From an uncultured Fidelibacterota bacterium (lineage in GTDB: Bacteria; Fidelibacterota; Marinisomatia; Marinisomatales; Marinisomataceae), in contig CABZHT010000001.1 in the NCBI GenBank assembly GCA_902525615.1, positions 349,282-413,281 on the forward strand: 64,000 bases of DNA. The letters run 5' to 3'. Each line of letters opens with the position of its first letter. Position 1 is the stretch's first letter. The notes beneath the pieces are model-generated. The model saw only the letters and a list, made by a program, of their open reading frames with translations, ran no database searches and was not told the origin of the DNA. The translations under genes were made by a program, and so were the position numbers. Of the stretch, positions 8,905 to 18,102 are shown in pieces.

Positions 8905-10388
8905 GATTACAAACAACTGAATCAAACAAATCAATTAAATCAAAAAGTAAAACGAAGAATCAATCTAAAAGGATTGTTGAATCTTTACCATACAAAATCA
9001 AGGATATTGCATTAGCGAAATTAGGTAGAGATAAGATTGATATTTCTGAAAAAGAAATGCCTGGTTTAATGGAGTTAAGAAAAAAATATTCAAAATCAAA
9101 ACCTCTAAAAGGTCTTAGGCTTACAGGATCATTGCATATGACAATTGAAACAGCAATTCTAATAGAAACTGTAAAGGATTTGGGTGCTGATGTTCGATGG
9201 GCAAGTTGTAATATTTTTTCAACGCAAGATGAGGCAGCTGCTGCAATTGCAAAGACAAAAACTCCAGTATTTGCTTGGAAAGGTGAAACACTTGAAGAAT
9301 ATTGGGATTGTACATTACAAGCATTAACATTTAAAAACAACTTAGGTCCAAATCTTATTGTAGATGATGGTGGTGATGCAACATTATTAATTCATAAAGG
9401 ATATGAATTAGAAAACTATTTTAATAAAAACAAAAAACTTCCAAAAATCACAACAAAGATTGAGGAAGAGATAGTAATTGAAAAACTTTTAAGAAAAGTA
9501 CACAAAAAAAATCCAAATCATTGGCATAGCATTGTACCAGACATCATAGGAGTTTCAGAAGAAACTACAACAGGGGTAGCTAGATTACAGCAAATGGTAG
9601 AAGATGCAAGTTTATTGTTTCCAGCATTCAATGTAAATGATGCAGCGACAAAATCTAAGTTTGATAACCTTTATGGCTGTAGAGAATCTTTAGCTGATGG
9701 AATCAAACGTTCAACTGAGATAATGCTCGCCGGAAAAACAATTGTAGTTTGTGGTTATGGAGATGTAGGTAAAGGTTCAGCACAATCAATGAAGTCGTAC
9801 GGTTGTAAGGTTATTGTTACTGAAATTGATCCTATATGTGCACTGCAAGCAGCGATGGAAGGATTTGAAGTAAGAAGATTAGAAGATGTGCTTGATAGAG
9901 GTAATATTTTCGTTACAACAACAGGGAATAAAGATATTATTACTTTAAAACATATGAGAAAAATGAAAGATCAAGCTATTGTGTGTAATATTGGACATTT
10001 TGATAATGAAATTCAAGTAGATGCATTAAATAAATCAAATGCAAAAAGAGATCAAATAAAACCTCAGCTTGATAGATATACTTTTAAAAATGGAAAACAA
10101 ATATTTTTATTAGCTGAAGGAAGACTTGTTAACTTAGGATGTGCAACTGGTCACGCAAGCTTTGTTATGTCTACTTCATTTTCAAACCAAGTATTAGCTC
10201 AAGTTTTTCTAGCTAAAAATAAACCTCTAACAGGAATATATGATTTACCTAGAAAATTAGATGAAGAGGTTGCAAGAATTCATCTTAAACATCTTGGTGC
10301 AGATTTAACTAAATTAACTAAAAGTCAAGCTGAATATATTGGAGTTTCAGTTGATGGGCCATTTAAAAAAGATGAATATCGATATTAA
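8901..10388 (+). CDS. ahcY: Adenosylhomocysteinase (with about 28 aa basic N-terminal extension)
   Basis: [55 protein letters not shown] (NAD site) and GHFDNEI. There is an ATGA overlap with the metK stop at 8901-8904. Confidence 0.94.
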   Translation: MRLQTTESNKSIKSKSKTKNQSKRIVESLPYKIKDIALAKLGRDKIDISEKEMPGLMELRKKYSKSKPLKGLRLTGSLHMTIETAILIETVKDLGADVRWASCNIFSTQDEAAAAIAKTKTPVFAWKGETLEEYWDCTLQALTFKNNLGPNLIVDDGGDATLLIHKGYELENYFNKNKKLPKITTKIEEEIVIEKLLRKVHKKNPNHWHSIVPDIIGVSEETTTGVARLQQMVEDASLLFPAFNVNDAATKSKFDNLYGCRESLADGIKRSTEIMLAGKTIVVCGYGDVGKGSAQSMKSYGCKVIVTEIDPICALQAAMEGFEVRRLEDVLDRGNIFVTTTGNKDIITLKHMRKMKDQAIVCNIGHFDNEIQVDALNKSNAKRDQIKPQLDRYTFKNGKQIFLLAEGRLVNLGCATGHASFVMSTSFSNQVLAQVFLAKNKPLTGIYDLPRKLDEEVARIHLKHLGADLTKLTKSQAEYIGVSVDGPFKKDEYRY

Positions 10389-10944
10389 AGAAATAATTAA
10401 ATCAAATTTGGATACTACAAAATCATTACTTAATGATTTGGATAATATTAAACACGTTTGTGATTTGTCATTTAATACAATTGCAAAAAACGGAAAAATA
10501 ATTTTGTGTGGAAATGGTGGGAGTGCATCTGATAGCATTCACATTTCTTCTGAAATTGTTGGTAAATTTGAGAAAACTAGAAAAGCTCTTCCTGCCATTT
10601 CATTAAGTACAAATGTATCAAATCTTACTGCAATTGGAAATGATTTTGGTTTTGATAAAATTTTTTCTAGACAAATTGAAGCTATTGGTCAAAAAGGTGA
10701 TTTGCTTATTGCTATATCTACTTCTGGTAACAGCATAAATGTTTATAACGCAATAACAGTAGCAAAAAAATTAGGTTTAAATGTGATAATTTTTACCGGT
10801 AGAGATGGTGGGAAAATTAACAAGTTTGATTGTCCAAAAATTAAAATTAATAGTGAAAATGTTGCAAGAATACAAGAATGTCATATTCTTATTGGACACA
10901 TAATATCTAAATATATAGAAGAAAATATTAATTCGCTAAAGTGA
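10372..10944 (+). CDS. gmhA: D-sedoheptulose 7-phosphate isomerase (SIS domain)
   Basis: [34 protein letters not shown] and [14 protein letters not shown] are classical GmhA motifs. The start is set at ATG 10372 (MNIDIKEI). Confidence 0.85.
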   Translation: MNIDIKEIIKSNLDTTKSLLNDLDNIKHVCDLSFNTIAKNGKIILCGNGGSASDSIHISSEIVGKFEKTRKALPAISLSTNVSNLTAIGNDFGFDKIFSRQIEAIGQKGDLLIAISTSGNSINVYNAITVAKKLGLNVIIFTGRDGGKINKFDCPKIKINSENVARIQECHILIGHIISKYIEENINSLK

Positions 10945-11646
10945 ATATCCTGATGCCTTAGCATCATCATAAAACATTTTAACTGTTTCAAGAGAAAATT
11001 CGTCTAAATCTTTACCAACTTCCTTTTTATACGCGTCAATTAATTTAAAAGGTAAAGTAATAATATCTGTATTGCATCGCTCAGCTTGCATTATATTAAA
11101 AACTTCACGTGCACTTGCCCATAAAGTTTCAACTTTTGGATGATTGCTAGTTATATCTGAAGCATATTTCATAGTTATTTCCGGGTCAATACCAGCATTA
11201 GCTATTCTTCCAGCAAAAATTGAAATTATAGATTCGATTTCCTTATTTAAAGCACTATAAACATTATCTATATGATTTTTTGTAAATAATGCAGTAGCGT
11301 TGATTTTAACACCCTCATTACTCAATTTATGGATTAAGTCATAAGTATAGGTTGAATGTGTATTTGTAATGGGAATTTTGACCCATACATTTTCTCCTAA
11401 ATCTCTTAAAATTAAAGCTTGACGATACATATCATCTAAATCATCTGAAAAAACTTCAAAAGATATGGATTTGTCTGAAATTTCATTTAAAACTTGTTTC
11501 GCAAAGCTTAAGTAATCTTTTATTCCATTTCTAGCCATTAAAGTTGGATTTGTTGTAAACCCGGAAACAAGGTTTTCTGAATCCATTCTTTTCATTGCCT
11601 CAAGATCTGCCCCATCTGCATAAATTTTAACTTTTAAATTACTCAT
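10936..11646 (-). CDS. Transaldolase-family protein (short, type 3/FSA-like)
   Basis: KIYADGADLEAMKRM ... VSGFTTNPTLMARNG, followed by WVKIPIT (Schiff-base Lys region). Length is 236 aa. Its 3' end overlaps the gmhA 3' end by 9 bp in convergent orientation. Confidence 0.8.
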   Translation of the reverse strand: MSNLKVKIYADGADLEAMKRMDSENLVSGFTTNPTLMARNGIKDYLSFAKQVLNEISDKSISFEVFSDDLDDMYRQALILRDLGENVWVKIPITNTHSTYTYDLIHKLSNEGVKINATALFTKNHIDNVYSALNKEIESIISIFAGRIANAGIDPEITMKYASDITSNHPKVETLWASAREVFNIMQAERCNTDIITLPFKLIDAYKKEVGKDLDEFSLETVKMFYDDAKASGYSL

Positions 11647-12239
11647 TCAACTGACTCCCATTTCATTTCGTTTGCTAATAATAATGGATGAGCAACTAAT
11701 AAATGCCACACAACTGCCTGAAAAGCTTCAGTGTGAGGAGTAACATTTTCCTCATTTACAGTTGGAACAATAATACATTCGTCTGCTACTTGCGCTGTAT
11801 ATCCACCATCTCTACCAACAACACCACATATCTTTGATCCAACTTCTTGCCCAAGTTGTAATGATTTTAAAATATTAACACTTATATTTTTTTCTAGATT
11901 ACCACCTCCAACGGAAAAAACGAATAACATATCTTTACTATTTAAATGTGAACCTTTTAACCAATTCACATATGATGTATCCCACCCATCATCATTAACT
12001 CTTGCAGTTAGTTCCGACACATTATCAGTAGGTGCATAACTTTCAATAGAACATATTTTACGAAAATCATTTACAGCGTGCCCAGCATGTCCAGCTCCAC
12101 CACCAACTCCTAAAAAAAATATTCTTCCCTTATCTTGGCGAATAGAATTAACTAGATGTGCGATTTTTTCTATTTTATCAGGATTAATCTGTTTGCAGAT
12201 TGAAATACATTCTTCTAAATATTTTGCTGAAAAATTCAT
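11643..12239 (-). CDS. SIS-domain sugar-phosphate isomerase, second GmhA-like paralogue of a different subfamily
   Basis: FFLGVGGGAGHAGHAVNDFRK, LFVFSVGGGNLEKNIS and TPHTEAFQAVVWHLL show a SIS fold with a phosphoheptose-isomerase-like layout, but it is clearly divergent from the gene at 10372..10944. Confidence 0.7.
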   Translation of the reverse strand: MNFSAKYLEECISICKQINPDKIEKIAHLVNSIRQDKGRIFFLGVGGGAGHAGHAVNDFRKICSIESYAPTDNVSELTARVNDDGWDTSYVNWLKGSHLNSKDMLFVFSVGGGNLEKNISVNILKSLQLGQEVGSKICGVVGRDGGYTAQVADECIIVPTVNEENVTPHTEAFQAVVWHLLVAHPLLLANEMKWESVE

Positions 12240-12310
12240 ATTAATAAAAGTAGTGAATTATACTAATATTTTATCAATCATGTTATATTAAATATAATTA
12301 GTAATTTGGG

Positions 12311-12943
12311 TTATTTCCCTGTTCCCTTTAAAACAACAATAATTGTTTTAAAAAAAATCTTAAGATCAAGCCACAGTGACCAATTATCAATATATTGTAA
12401 ATCTAATTTTACCCAATCATCAAAACTATCTATGTTATTCCTTCCACTAACTTGCCAAAGACAAGAAATGCCTGGTTTTACGCTTAATTTTCTGTAATGC
12501 CAATCCTCATAATGAGGAAATTCATTAAAACCTGCAGGTCTTGGACCAATGAAACTCATATCTCCCTTAAGAACGGAATAAATTTGAGGCAATTCATCCA
12601 AGCTAAATTTTCTTAATATGTAACCAAGTTTAGTAATTCTAGGATCTTTTGTGATTTTAAAAACAGGACCATTCATTTCATTTAATTTTTCTAATTTTTC
12701 TTTTTCTTTATCAGCAAATCTGTGCATTGTTCTAAATTTGTATCCAATAAATTCTTTTCCTTCAATTCCATGAACTCTCCATGGATAAAAAACTGGAAAG
12801 CCGTCAAAAATTATAACTAAAAGAATAATAAGTGTCATAACAGGAGATAAAAAAATAATTAATAAGACTGAAAATGCTAAATCCAAAAATCTTTTAACTC
12901 CAAAGTATAGGAATTTATTTGTTATGTCATTTTTTTCAATCAT
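12311..12943 (-). CDS. Initiating phosphoglycosyl transferase (small bacterial sugar transferase, PglC/WbaP-C type)
   Basis: KRFLDLAFSVLLIIFLSPV (re-entrant helix) plus LDELPQIYSVLKGDMSFIGPRP, the hallmark motif. Length is 210 aa. Confidence 0.88.
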   Translation of the reverse strand: MIEKNDITNKFLYFGVKRFLDLAFSVLLIIFLSPVMTLIILLVIIFDGFPVFYPWRVHGIEGKEFIGYKFRTMHRFADKEKEKLEKLNEMNGPVFKITKDPRITKLGYILRKFSLDELPQIYSVLKGDMSFIGPRPAGFNEFPHYEDWHYRKLSVKPGISCLWQVSGRNNIDSFDDWVKLDLQYIDNWSLWLDLKIFFKTIIVVLKGTGK

Positions 12944-13467
12944 ATGTTATTATCAATTATATCTTTCAAATCATTTAAGGTATTAATTTTTACTGGATAG
13001 TTTAACTCTTTATTGTGGCTCCTTGAAACTAAAATAAACGAAAGATTAGCATTTTTTGCACAATCTCTATCTGCAATAGAATCACCTATAAAAAAACTTT
13101 TGGAAAAATCGATTTTCCATTTTTCTTTTGCTTGAAACAACATTTTTGGTGAAGGTTTCTTTGTGCCATTAATCGTGAATTCACTTTCAAAAGAATAATA
13201 TATTTCGTCAATACGTAATTTTTCATTTATTACTAAATCTATCTTCTCCAACTCTTTTATAGTCATTTTTCCTCTTGATATATCTGGTTGATTTGAAATA
13301 ATAAAAATCAAAAAATTTTTTTCAATTAAATAATCTATACATGGCTTTATATCATCGTAGAAAACAAAATCTTTTAATACTCGAGGAGAATATAACCCAC
13401 CGTCTCTAGCAACCAGTTTATTAACAACTCCATCTCTATCAAAAAAAATTGCTTTCTTATTATACAT
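12940..13467 (-). CDS. gmhB: D,D-heptose 1,7-bisphosphate phosphatase (HAD-IIIA)
   Basis: AIFFDRDGVVNK, FIISNQPDISRGK, KPSPKM and FIGDSIADRDCA. Length is 175 aa. Confidence 0.8.
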   Translation of the reverse strand: MYNKKAIFFDRDGVVNKLVARDGGLYSPRVLKDFVFYDDIKPCIDYLIEKNFLIFIISNQPDISRGKMTIKELEKIDLVINEKLRIDEIYYSFESEFTINGTKKPSPKMLFQAKEKWKIDFSKSFFIGDSIADRDCAKNANLSFILVSRSHNKELNYPVKINTLNDLKDIIDNNI

Positions 13468-14458
13468 TTATTGATTGGTTTTTTTTACTTGAGGCATATA
13501 TAGCATCAACAATTAAATTGGCTTGATAGCCGTTATCGGAACTCTTTTCATTTTGAATTAATTCTCTAAAAAATTTCCACTCTTTTTTCCACGAATCATC
13601 GTTAAGAATAGATTTTTCAGCTGAAAAAGAAAAAGATTCAATTTTTGGTTTTCCACCTTCAAAGTTTCTATGACCTAATACTAACTTTTCTTCTCCATAG
13701 GAACCACCTAATCCATTTATGCTTATAAAGCCATGTGATCCATAAATATTAAATTCGAATTTATTCTTCCAGTAAACCCAACCTACCGAGAAAAGACAAT
13801 TAATATTATTATCATATTGTAAAATAAATGAGGCAGAATCTTCTACTTCAGAATCCCAAACTAACTTACCTACGCTACCAAAAACGGTTTTAGGTATTCC
13901 TTTAAAGAAGAGCGCTAAATCAATCAAGTGTACTCCTTGATCTAATAATTCACCTCCGCCACTTAAATTTGGATTCATTCTCCATTCGTTTTCCATTCCT
14001 TTTCTACCTCCATGACCATAATGGCCATGAATATGTAAAATGTCCCCTATTTCTTTAGCACTAACTAATTCTTTTGCTTTTAATATTGCTGGATGAAATC
14101 GATGATTAAATCCTGTATAAAGAACTTTATTATTTTCAATTGCACAATCCGTCATTTGTTTACTTTCTGCAGCATTTCTTCCTAGAGGTTTTTCGGACAA
14201 AACATGTTTTTGGCTATTTAAAGCTTTTATAGCAATTTCTTTAATTAAATAGTTAGGGGTTGAAATGATAACAACATCGATCTTTTCACAATTAATAATT
14301 TCTCTGTAATCACTTGTAAAATTTGCATTTACTTCTTTAGCCAGTTTTTCTCCTTGATTTATATCGGTATCACAAACAGTATGAATATTTACCGACGGAG
14401 GCATACTCATAGCTCTTTTTGTTCCAATTAAACCACAACCAATAATCGCGACATTCAT
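13460..14458 (-). CDS. Gfo/Idh/MocA-family NAD(P)-dependent sugar oxidoreductase
   Basis: MNVAIIGCGLIGTKR Rossmann start and LSEKPL (EKP motif). Length is 332 aa. Confidence 0.8.
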   Translation of the reverse strand: MNVAIIGCGLIGTKRAMSMPPSVNIHTVCDTDINQGEKLAKEVNANFTSDYREIINCEKIDVVIISTPNYLIKEIAIKALNSQKHVLSEKPLGRNAAESKQMTDCAIENNKVLYTGFNHRFHPAILKAKELVSAKEIGDILHIHGHYGHGGRKGMENEWRMNPNLSGGGELLDQGVHLIDLALFFKGIPKTVFGSVGKLVWDSEVEDSASFILQYDNNINCLFSVGWVYWKNKFEFNIYGSHGFISINGLGGSYGEEKLVLGHRNFEGGKPKIESFSFSAEKSILNDDSWKKEWKFFRELIQNEKSSDNGYQANLIVDAIYASSKKNQSINV

Positions 14459-14461
14459 AAT

Positions 14462-15220
14462 TTATTCTTTTTCATTAAAATATTTATTATCAATTCTTTT
14501 TAATGTGAACAGATTCTTATCATTAATAATATTATGGATATTTTTTAAACTAATATTATCCCATTGTGCTGCAATAAGTCTACCTGTGAATCCATCACTT
14601 TTTCGTGATAAAAGTAACCTGCAAATATCCAATACCTTAGATTTGCTTTGTCCACCACTACTTAATGTTTTGAGTGCATCTTTATATTCACTTCCTAAAA
14701 CTTCTCCATGATCAGCAATTTCTTGAATCATTTTTGACTTAATTACGCCAGGTGCAATGATATTGAAATCAATTTTTCCTTCAAATTCAAGAGCTAGTGT
14801 TTCGTTTAATTTATAAAGTGAAATCTTTGATACTGAATATGCTGAAAAATTTTTCCTAGGAAAAGTAACTCCACCTCCTGAAAAACTTATTACTTTTTTT
14901 AAAGATGATTTGTTTTTGTTTATCAAATTTTGTAAAAAAAACGAATAATTTATAAAATTGACGTAAATATTTTTTTCCCATTTTTCAAAGTCTGATTCTG
15001 CAAAATTTTGTATTGGTTTTTGTATTCCATAACAATTAATTAACCCAAATGTATCTTTAGATTTTTTTAAAAATTTTGTTATTGATTTTCTATCTGAAAA
15101 ATCTATATAATTTTTGGAGTCATTTCTATTTACAGCGATAATATCGTAAGATTTAGATAATTTTAAAGATAAATAATTTCCTAACTCTCCTGATGAACCT
15201 AGTATAATTACTTTTTTCAT
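14462..15220 (-). CDS. Short-chain dehydrogenase/reductase (classical SDR)
   Basis: VIILGSSGELGNYL (TGxxxGxG-like) and YSVSKISL (YxxxK). Length is 252 aa. Confidence 0.75.
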   Translation of the reverse strand: MKKVIILGSSGELGNYLSLKLSKSYDIIAVNRNDSKNYIDFSDRKSITKFLKKSKDTFGLINCYGIQKPIQNFAESDFEKWEKNIYVNFINYSFFLQNLINKNKSSLKKVISFSGGGVTFPRKNFSAYSVSKISLYKLNETLALEFEGKIDFNIIAPGVIKSKMIQEIADHGEVLGSEYKDALKTLSSGGQSKSKVLDICRLLLSRKSDGFTGRLIAAQWDNISLKNIHNIINDKNLFTLKRIDNKYFNEKE

Positions 15221-16206
15221 CTATGATTTGAAATAATTTTAGAACCATCAAAATCAAAAGAATAATCTAATTCATTTAATCCTTTTGCTGCCATTGCGCT
15301 TCTCAGCATGTCATGATTTTTGTTGCAGTAAAAAGTAAAAAATCCTCCACCGCCTGCACCCGATATTTTTCCTCCTAAAGCACCATTATCCAAAGCTGTT
15401 TGATAGATAGAATTAATTTTATCATTTGTAACACCTGAAGATAGTTTTTTCTTCATTTCCCAATGATCTCTGAACATTAAACCTAATTCATCAATTTTCC
15501 CAGATTGTACAATGTCTAAAATCTGATAACCAGATTTTTTAATATAATGTAATGATTCAAGAACTTCTTGATCACTCTTCCTTGTTGATTTATCCTGTTC
15601 ATTTAATATTTTATTATTTTTTCTTTGTTGACCTGTGAAAAATATTAAAAGGTTTCTATTAAGTTCATTTTGAATAGATTTTTCTATAAGAATTTTTTCT
15701 GAGCTTACATTTCCCTTTTTATCAATATCTAGTCTAACAAATCCACCGAGAGCAGCTAAGTATTGATCTTGCTTACCCATTGGTTTTTTTAAAATATCCA
15801 TTTCTATTATACACGCTTCTTTTGCTAAAAAATCTAGGCTTTTGTAATCACCATTTAAAGAATGTAATGCATTTAGTAGACCAACAGTGTAGGTACTTGA
15901 ACTTCCCAGACCAGAACCAGCAGGAATATCTGATAATGATGCTATTTCAATTTTTGAAGAAACCCCAACTCTATCTAAACAAGCTCTAGCTATATCGTGA
16001 TTTAAATCATTAACTGATTTAACAGTTTCTGAAATGCTGTACTTTAAGCGTATTAATTCATCAACAGAAGGACGATTAATACATACATACATGTATTTCG
16101 AAAGTGTAAAGCTAAAAATAAATCCACCGTGATTTTCATAATAACTAGGCAGATCTGTTCCGCCGCCTCCTAAAGTAATTCTGAATGGTGTTCTTGAAAC
16201 AATCAT
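15217..16206 (-). CDS. hddA: GHMP kinase, D-glycero-alpha-D-manno-heptose 7-phosphate kinase type
   Basis: MIVSRTPFRITLGGGGTDLPSYY (characteristic HddA N-terminus), PAGSGLGSSST (GHMP motif II) and GKISGAGGGGFF (motif III). Confidence 0.8.
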   Translation of the reverse strand: MIVSRTPFRITLGGGGTDLPSYYENHGGFIFSFTLSKYMYVCINRPSVDELIRLKYSISETVKSVNDLNHDIARACLDRVGVSSKIEIASLSDIPAGSGLGSSSTYTVGLLNALHSLNGDYKSLDFLAKEACIIEMDILKKPMGKQDQYLAALGGFVRLDIDKKGNVSSEKILIEKSIQNELNRNLLIFFTGQQRKNNKILNEQDKSTRKSDQEVLESLHYIKKSGYQILDIVQSGKIDELGLMFRDHWEMKKKLSSGVTNDKINSIYQTALDNGALGGKISGAGGGGFFTFYCNKNHDMLRSAMAAKGLNELDYSFDFDGSKIISNHR

Positions 16207-16210
16207 GTCA

Positions 16211-17128
16211 TCAAATTACATTTTCTTTTATATAATCTATAGATTTTTTTAATCCTATTGAAATACTCGTTTTAGGCTCCCAACCTATTTTTTTTGCTTG
16301 ATCTATATTGGCAAGAGTATCCTGAGCTTCAAAATCAAAATTTTCTCCATAAATTGGTTTTATATCCGAATTAAGTATTGATTTAATTCGTTCATAAATA
16401 GATTTTATTGAATAATTTTTACCAGAGCCAATATTGTAAATGTTATTATCAGTAAGTTTATTTTGCATACACATCAGATGAAAGTCGTTAACATCATCTA
16501 CATAAACGAAATCTCTTTTTTTTGACCCATCTCCATAAATAGTAGGGCGTTCACCTTGCAGCATTTTAATTATAAATGCACTGAAAACTGGAGGTATGGT
16601 TCTTCTATAATCTTGATGTGGCCCATAAACATTAAAATATCTTAAACCTGTTGCAAATAATCCTTTAGATATAAACAGTTGCTGAGCAATAGTATTGGTT
16701 TCCATTTTTGACTTAGCATAAATACTTTTCGGATAAGTAGTTGTTTCTACGCTTGGTAATGCTTCTACACCTTCATAAACTGCTGAAGATTCTGCATAAA
16801 TTACTTTCTTAACACCTTTGTTTATGGATATGTTAAATATATTTTTTGTTCCATTGACATTTATATCATGCGTCTCAGCAGGATTATTTTCACAGTCTAT
16901 TAAAGAATTTTTTGCTGCTAAATGAAATACATAGTCAACTCTGTCAAATAAACCTGAAATTTGTTTATCTCTTATATCTTCCTGAAAAAATTTTACCCCA
17001 CTCGGTATTTGACTTTTTACACCATAGGAAAGATTATCAATTCCAATTACGTCTATGTTATTTTCTATTAGTTTACGGGATAAATTACTCCCAATAAAAC
17101 CTGCCACTCCTGTTACAAGAACTTTCAT
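16211..17128 (-). CDS. NAD-dependent NDP-sugar epimerase/dehydratase (extended SDR)
   Basis: VLVTGVAGFIGSNL, YAKSKMETN (YxxxK) and RYFNVYGP. Length is 305 aa. Confidence 0.8.
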   Translation of the reverse strand: MKVLVTGVAGFIGSNLSRKLIENNIDVIGIDNLSYGVKSQIPSGVKFFQEDIRDKQISGLFDRVDYVFHLAAKNSLIDCENNPAETHDINVNGTKNIFNISINKGVKKVIYAESSAVYEGVEALPSVETTTYPKSIYAKSKMETNTIAQQLFISKGLFATGLRYFNVYGPHQDYRRTIPPVFSAFIIKMLQGERPTIYGDGSKKRDFVYVDDVNDFHLMCMQNKLTDNNIYNIGSGKNYSIKSIYERIKSILNSDIKPIYGENFDFEAQDTLANIDQAKKIGWEPKTSISIGLKKSIDYIKENVI

Positions 17129-18102
17129 TTATAAAGCTTAAGGCGTGCCTCAATCATGTCATCAAGCATTGTCTCGAATGTATAATTTGGCTTCCAACCT
17201 AATTCAGATCTTATTTTTGTTGAATCTCCCTTAAGATGACTTAGCTCTTCAGGTCGAAGATATTTCTTATTTATTTTTATATAGCTTTTTGGATCCATAT
17301 CTAACTTATTAAAAGTATAATCAACTAAATCTTGTACTGAATGAGAAACTCCAGTTGCGCACACAAAATCATCTGGCTTATCATGGTTAAGTATTAAATG
17401 CATTGCTTCAACATAGTCTTTTGCATGTCCCCAATCTCTCGTTGCTTGTAAGTTTCCCAACTCTAAAACATTTGATAAGTTTAACTTAATTTTTACAGCT
17501 TCATTTACAACCTTATTTGTTACGAAATTAAGACCTCTTCTAGGAGATTCATGATTAAATAAGATCCCATTGCTAAGAAATAGTTTATATGAATGCCTAT
17601 AATTTCTAATAATATTGTAACCAAATAATTTGGCGCATCCATAAGGACTTACAGGATACATTGGGGTGCTTTCTCGCTGAAAACCATCACCATCAATCGA
17701 ATTTCCAAACATTTCCGAAGAAGAAGCTTGATATAGCCTAATGTTGGTATCAAATAATCGTATCGACTCTAAAAGATTTAAAGTACCAAAAACAATTGTG
17801 TTGGTTGTATAAATAGGTTGATCAAAAGATATTTTTACATGAGATTGAGCCCCTAAATTATATATCTCAGTTGGCTTTACTTGCTTGATAAGTCGAGTTA
17901 AAGAACTCATATCTGTTAAGTCAGCATATTCCAAGTTTACATTTTCAAATATATTATTTAGACGGCTAGTTTGGTTTTCAACGACAGAATTTCTTTTTAA
18001 AGTACCAAAAACTTCATAGTCTTTTGAAAGTAAATATTCAGCTAAATATGATCCATCTTGACCATTAATGCCTGTAATTAAAGCTCTTTTTTTATTTTTC
18101 AT
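17125..18102 (-). CDS. gmd: GDP-mannose 4,6-dehydratase (or a GDP-heptose 4,6-dehydratase of the same family)
   Basis: ALITGINGQDGSYLAEYLL, YNLGAQSHV, SSSEMFG, SPYGCAKL, ILFNHESPRRG and RDWGHAKDYVEAM. The start is set at ATG 18102 (MKNKKRALITG), giving an 11-nt overlap with fcl. Confidence 0.9.
   Translation of the reverse strand: MKNKKRALITGINGQDGSYLAEYLLSKDYEVFGTLKRNSVVENQTSRLNNIFENVNLEYADLTDMSSLTRLIKQVKPTEIYNLGAQSHVKISFDQPIYTTNTIVFGTLNLLESIRLFDTNIRLYQASSSEMFGNSIDGDGFQRESTPMYPVSPYGCAKLFGYNIIRNYRHSYKLFLSNGILFNHESPRRGLNFVTNKVVNEAVKIKLNLSNVLELGNLQATRDWGHAKDYVEAMHLILNHDKPDDFVCATGVSHSVQDLVDYTFNKLDMDPKSYIKINKKYLRPEELSHLKGDSTKIRSELGWKPNYTFETMLDDMIEARLKLYK

Noticed and set aside
8341-10538. ORFs 8341..8535, 8960..9340, 9121..9330 and 10347..10538 on the minus strand
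   Set aside because: They are antisense to metK, ahcY and gmhA, which carry unambiguous family signatures. These are typical shadow frames.
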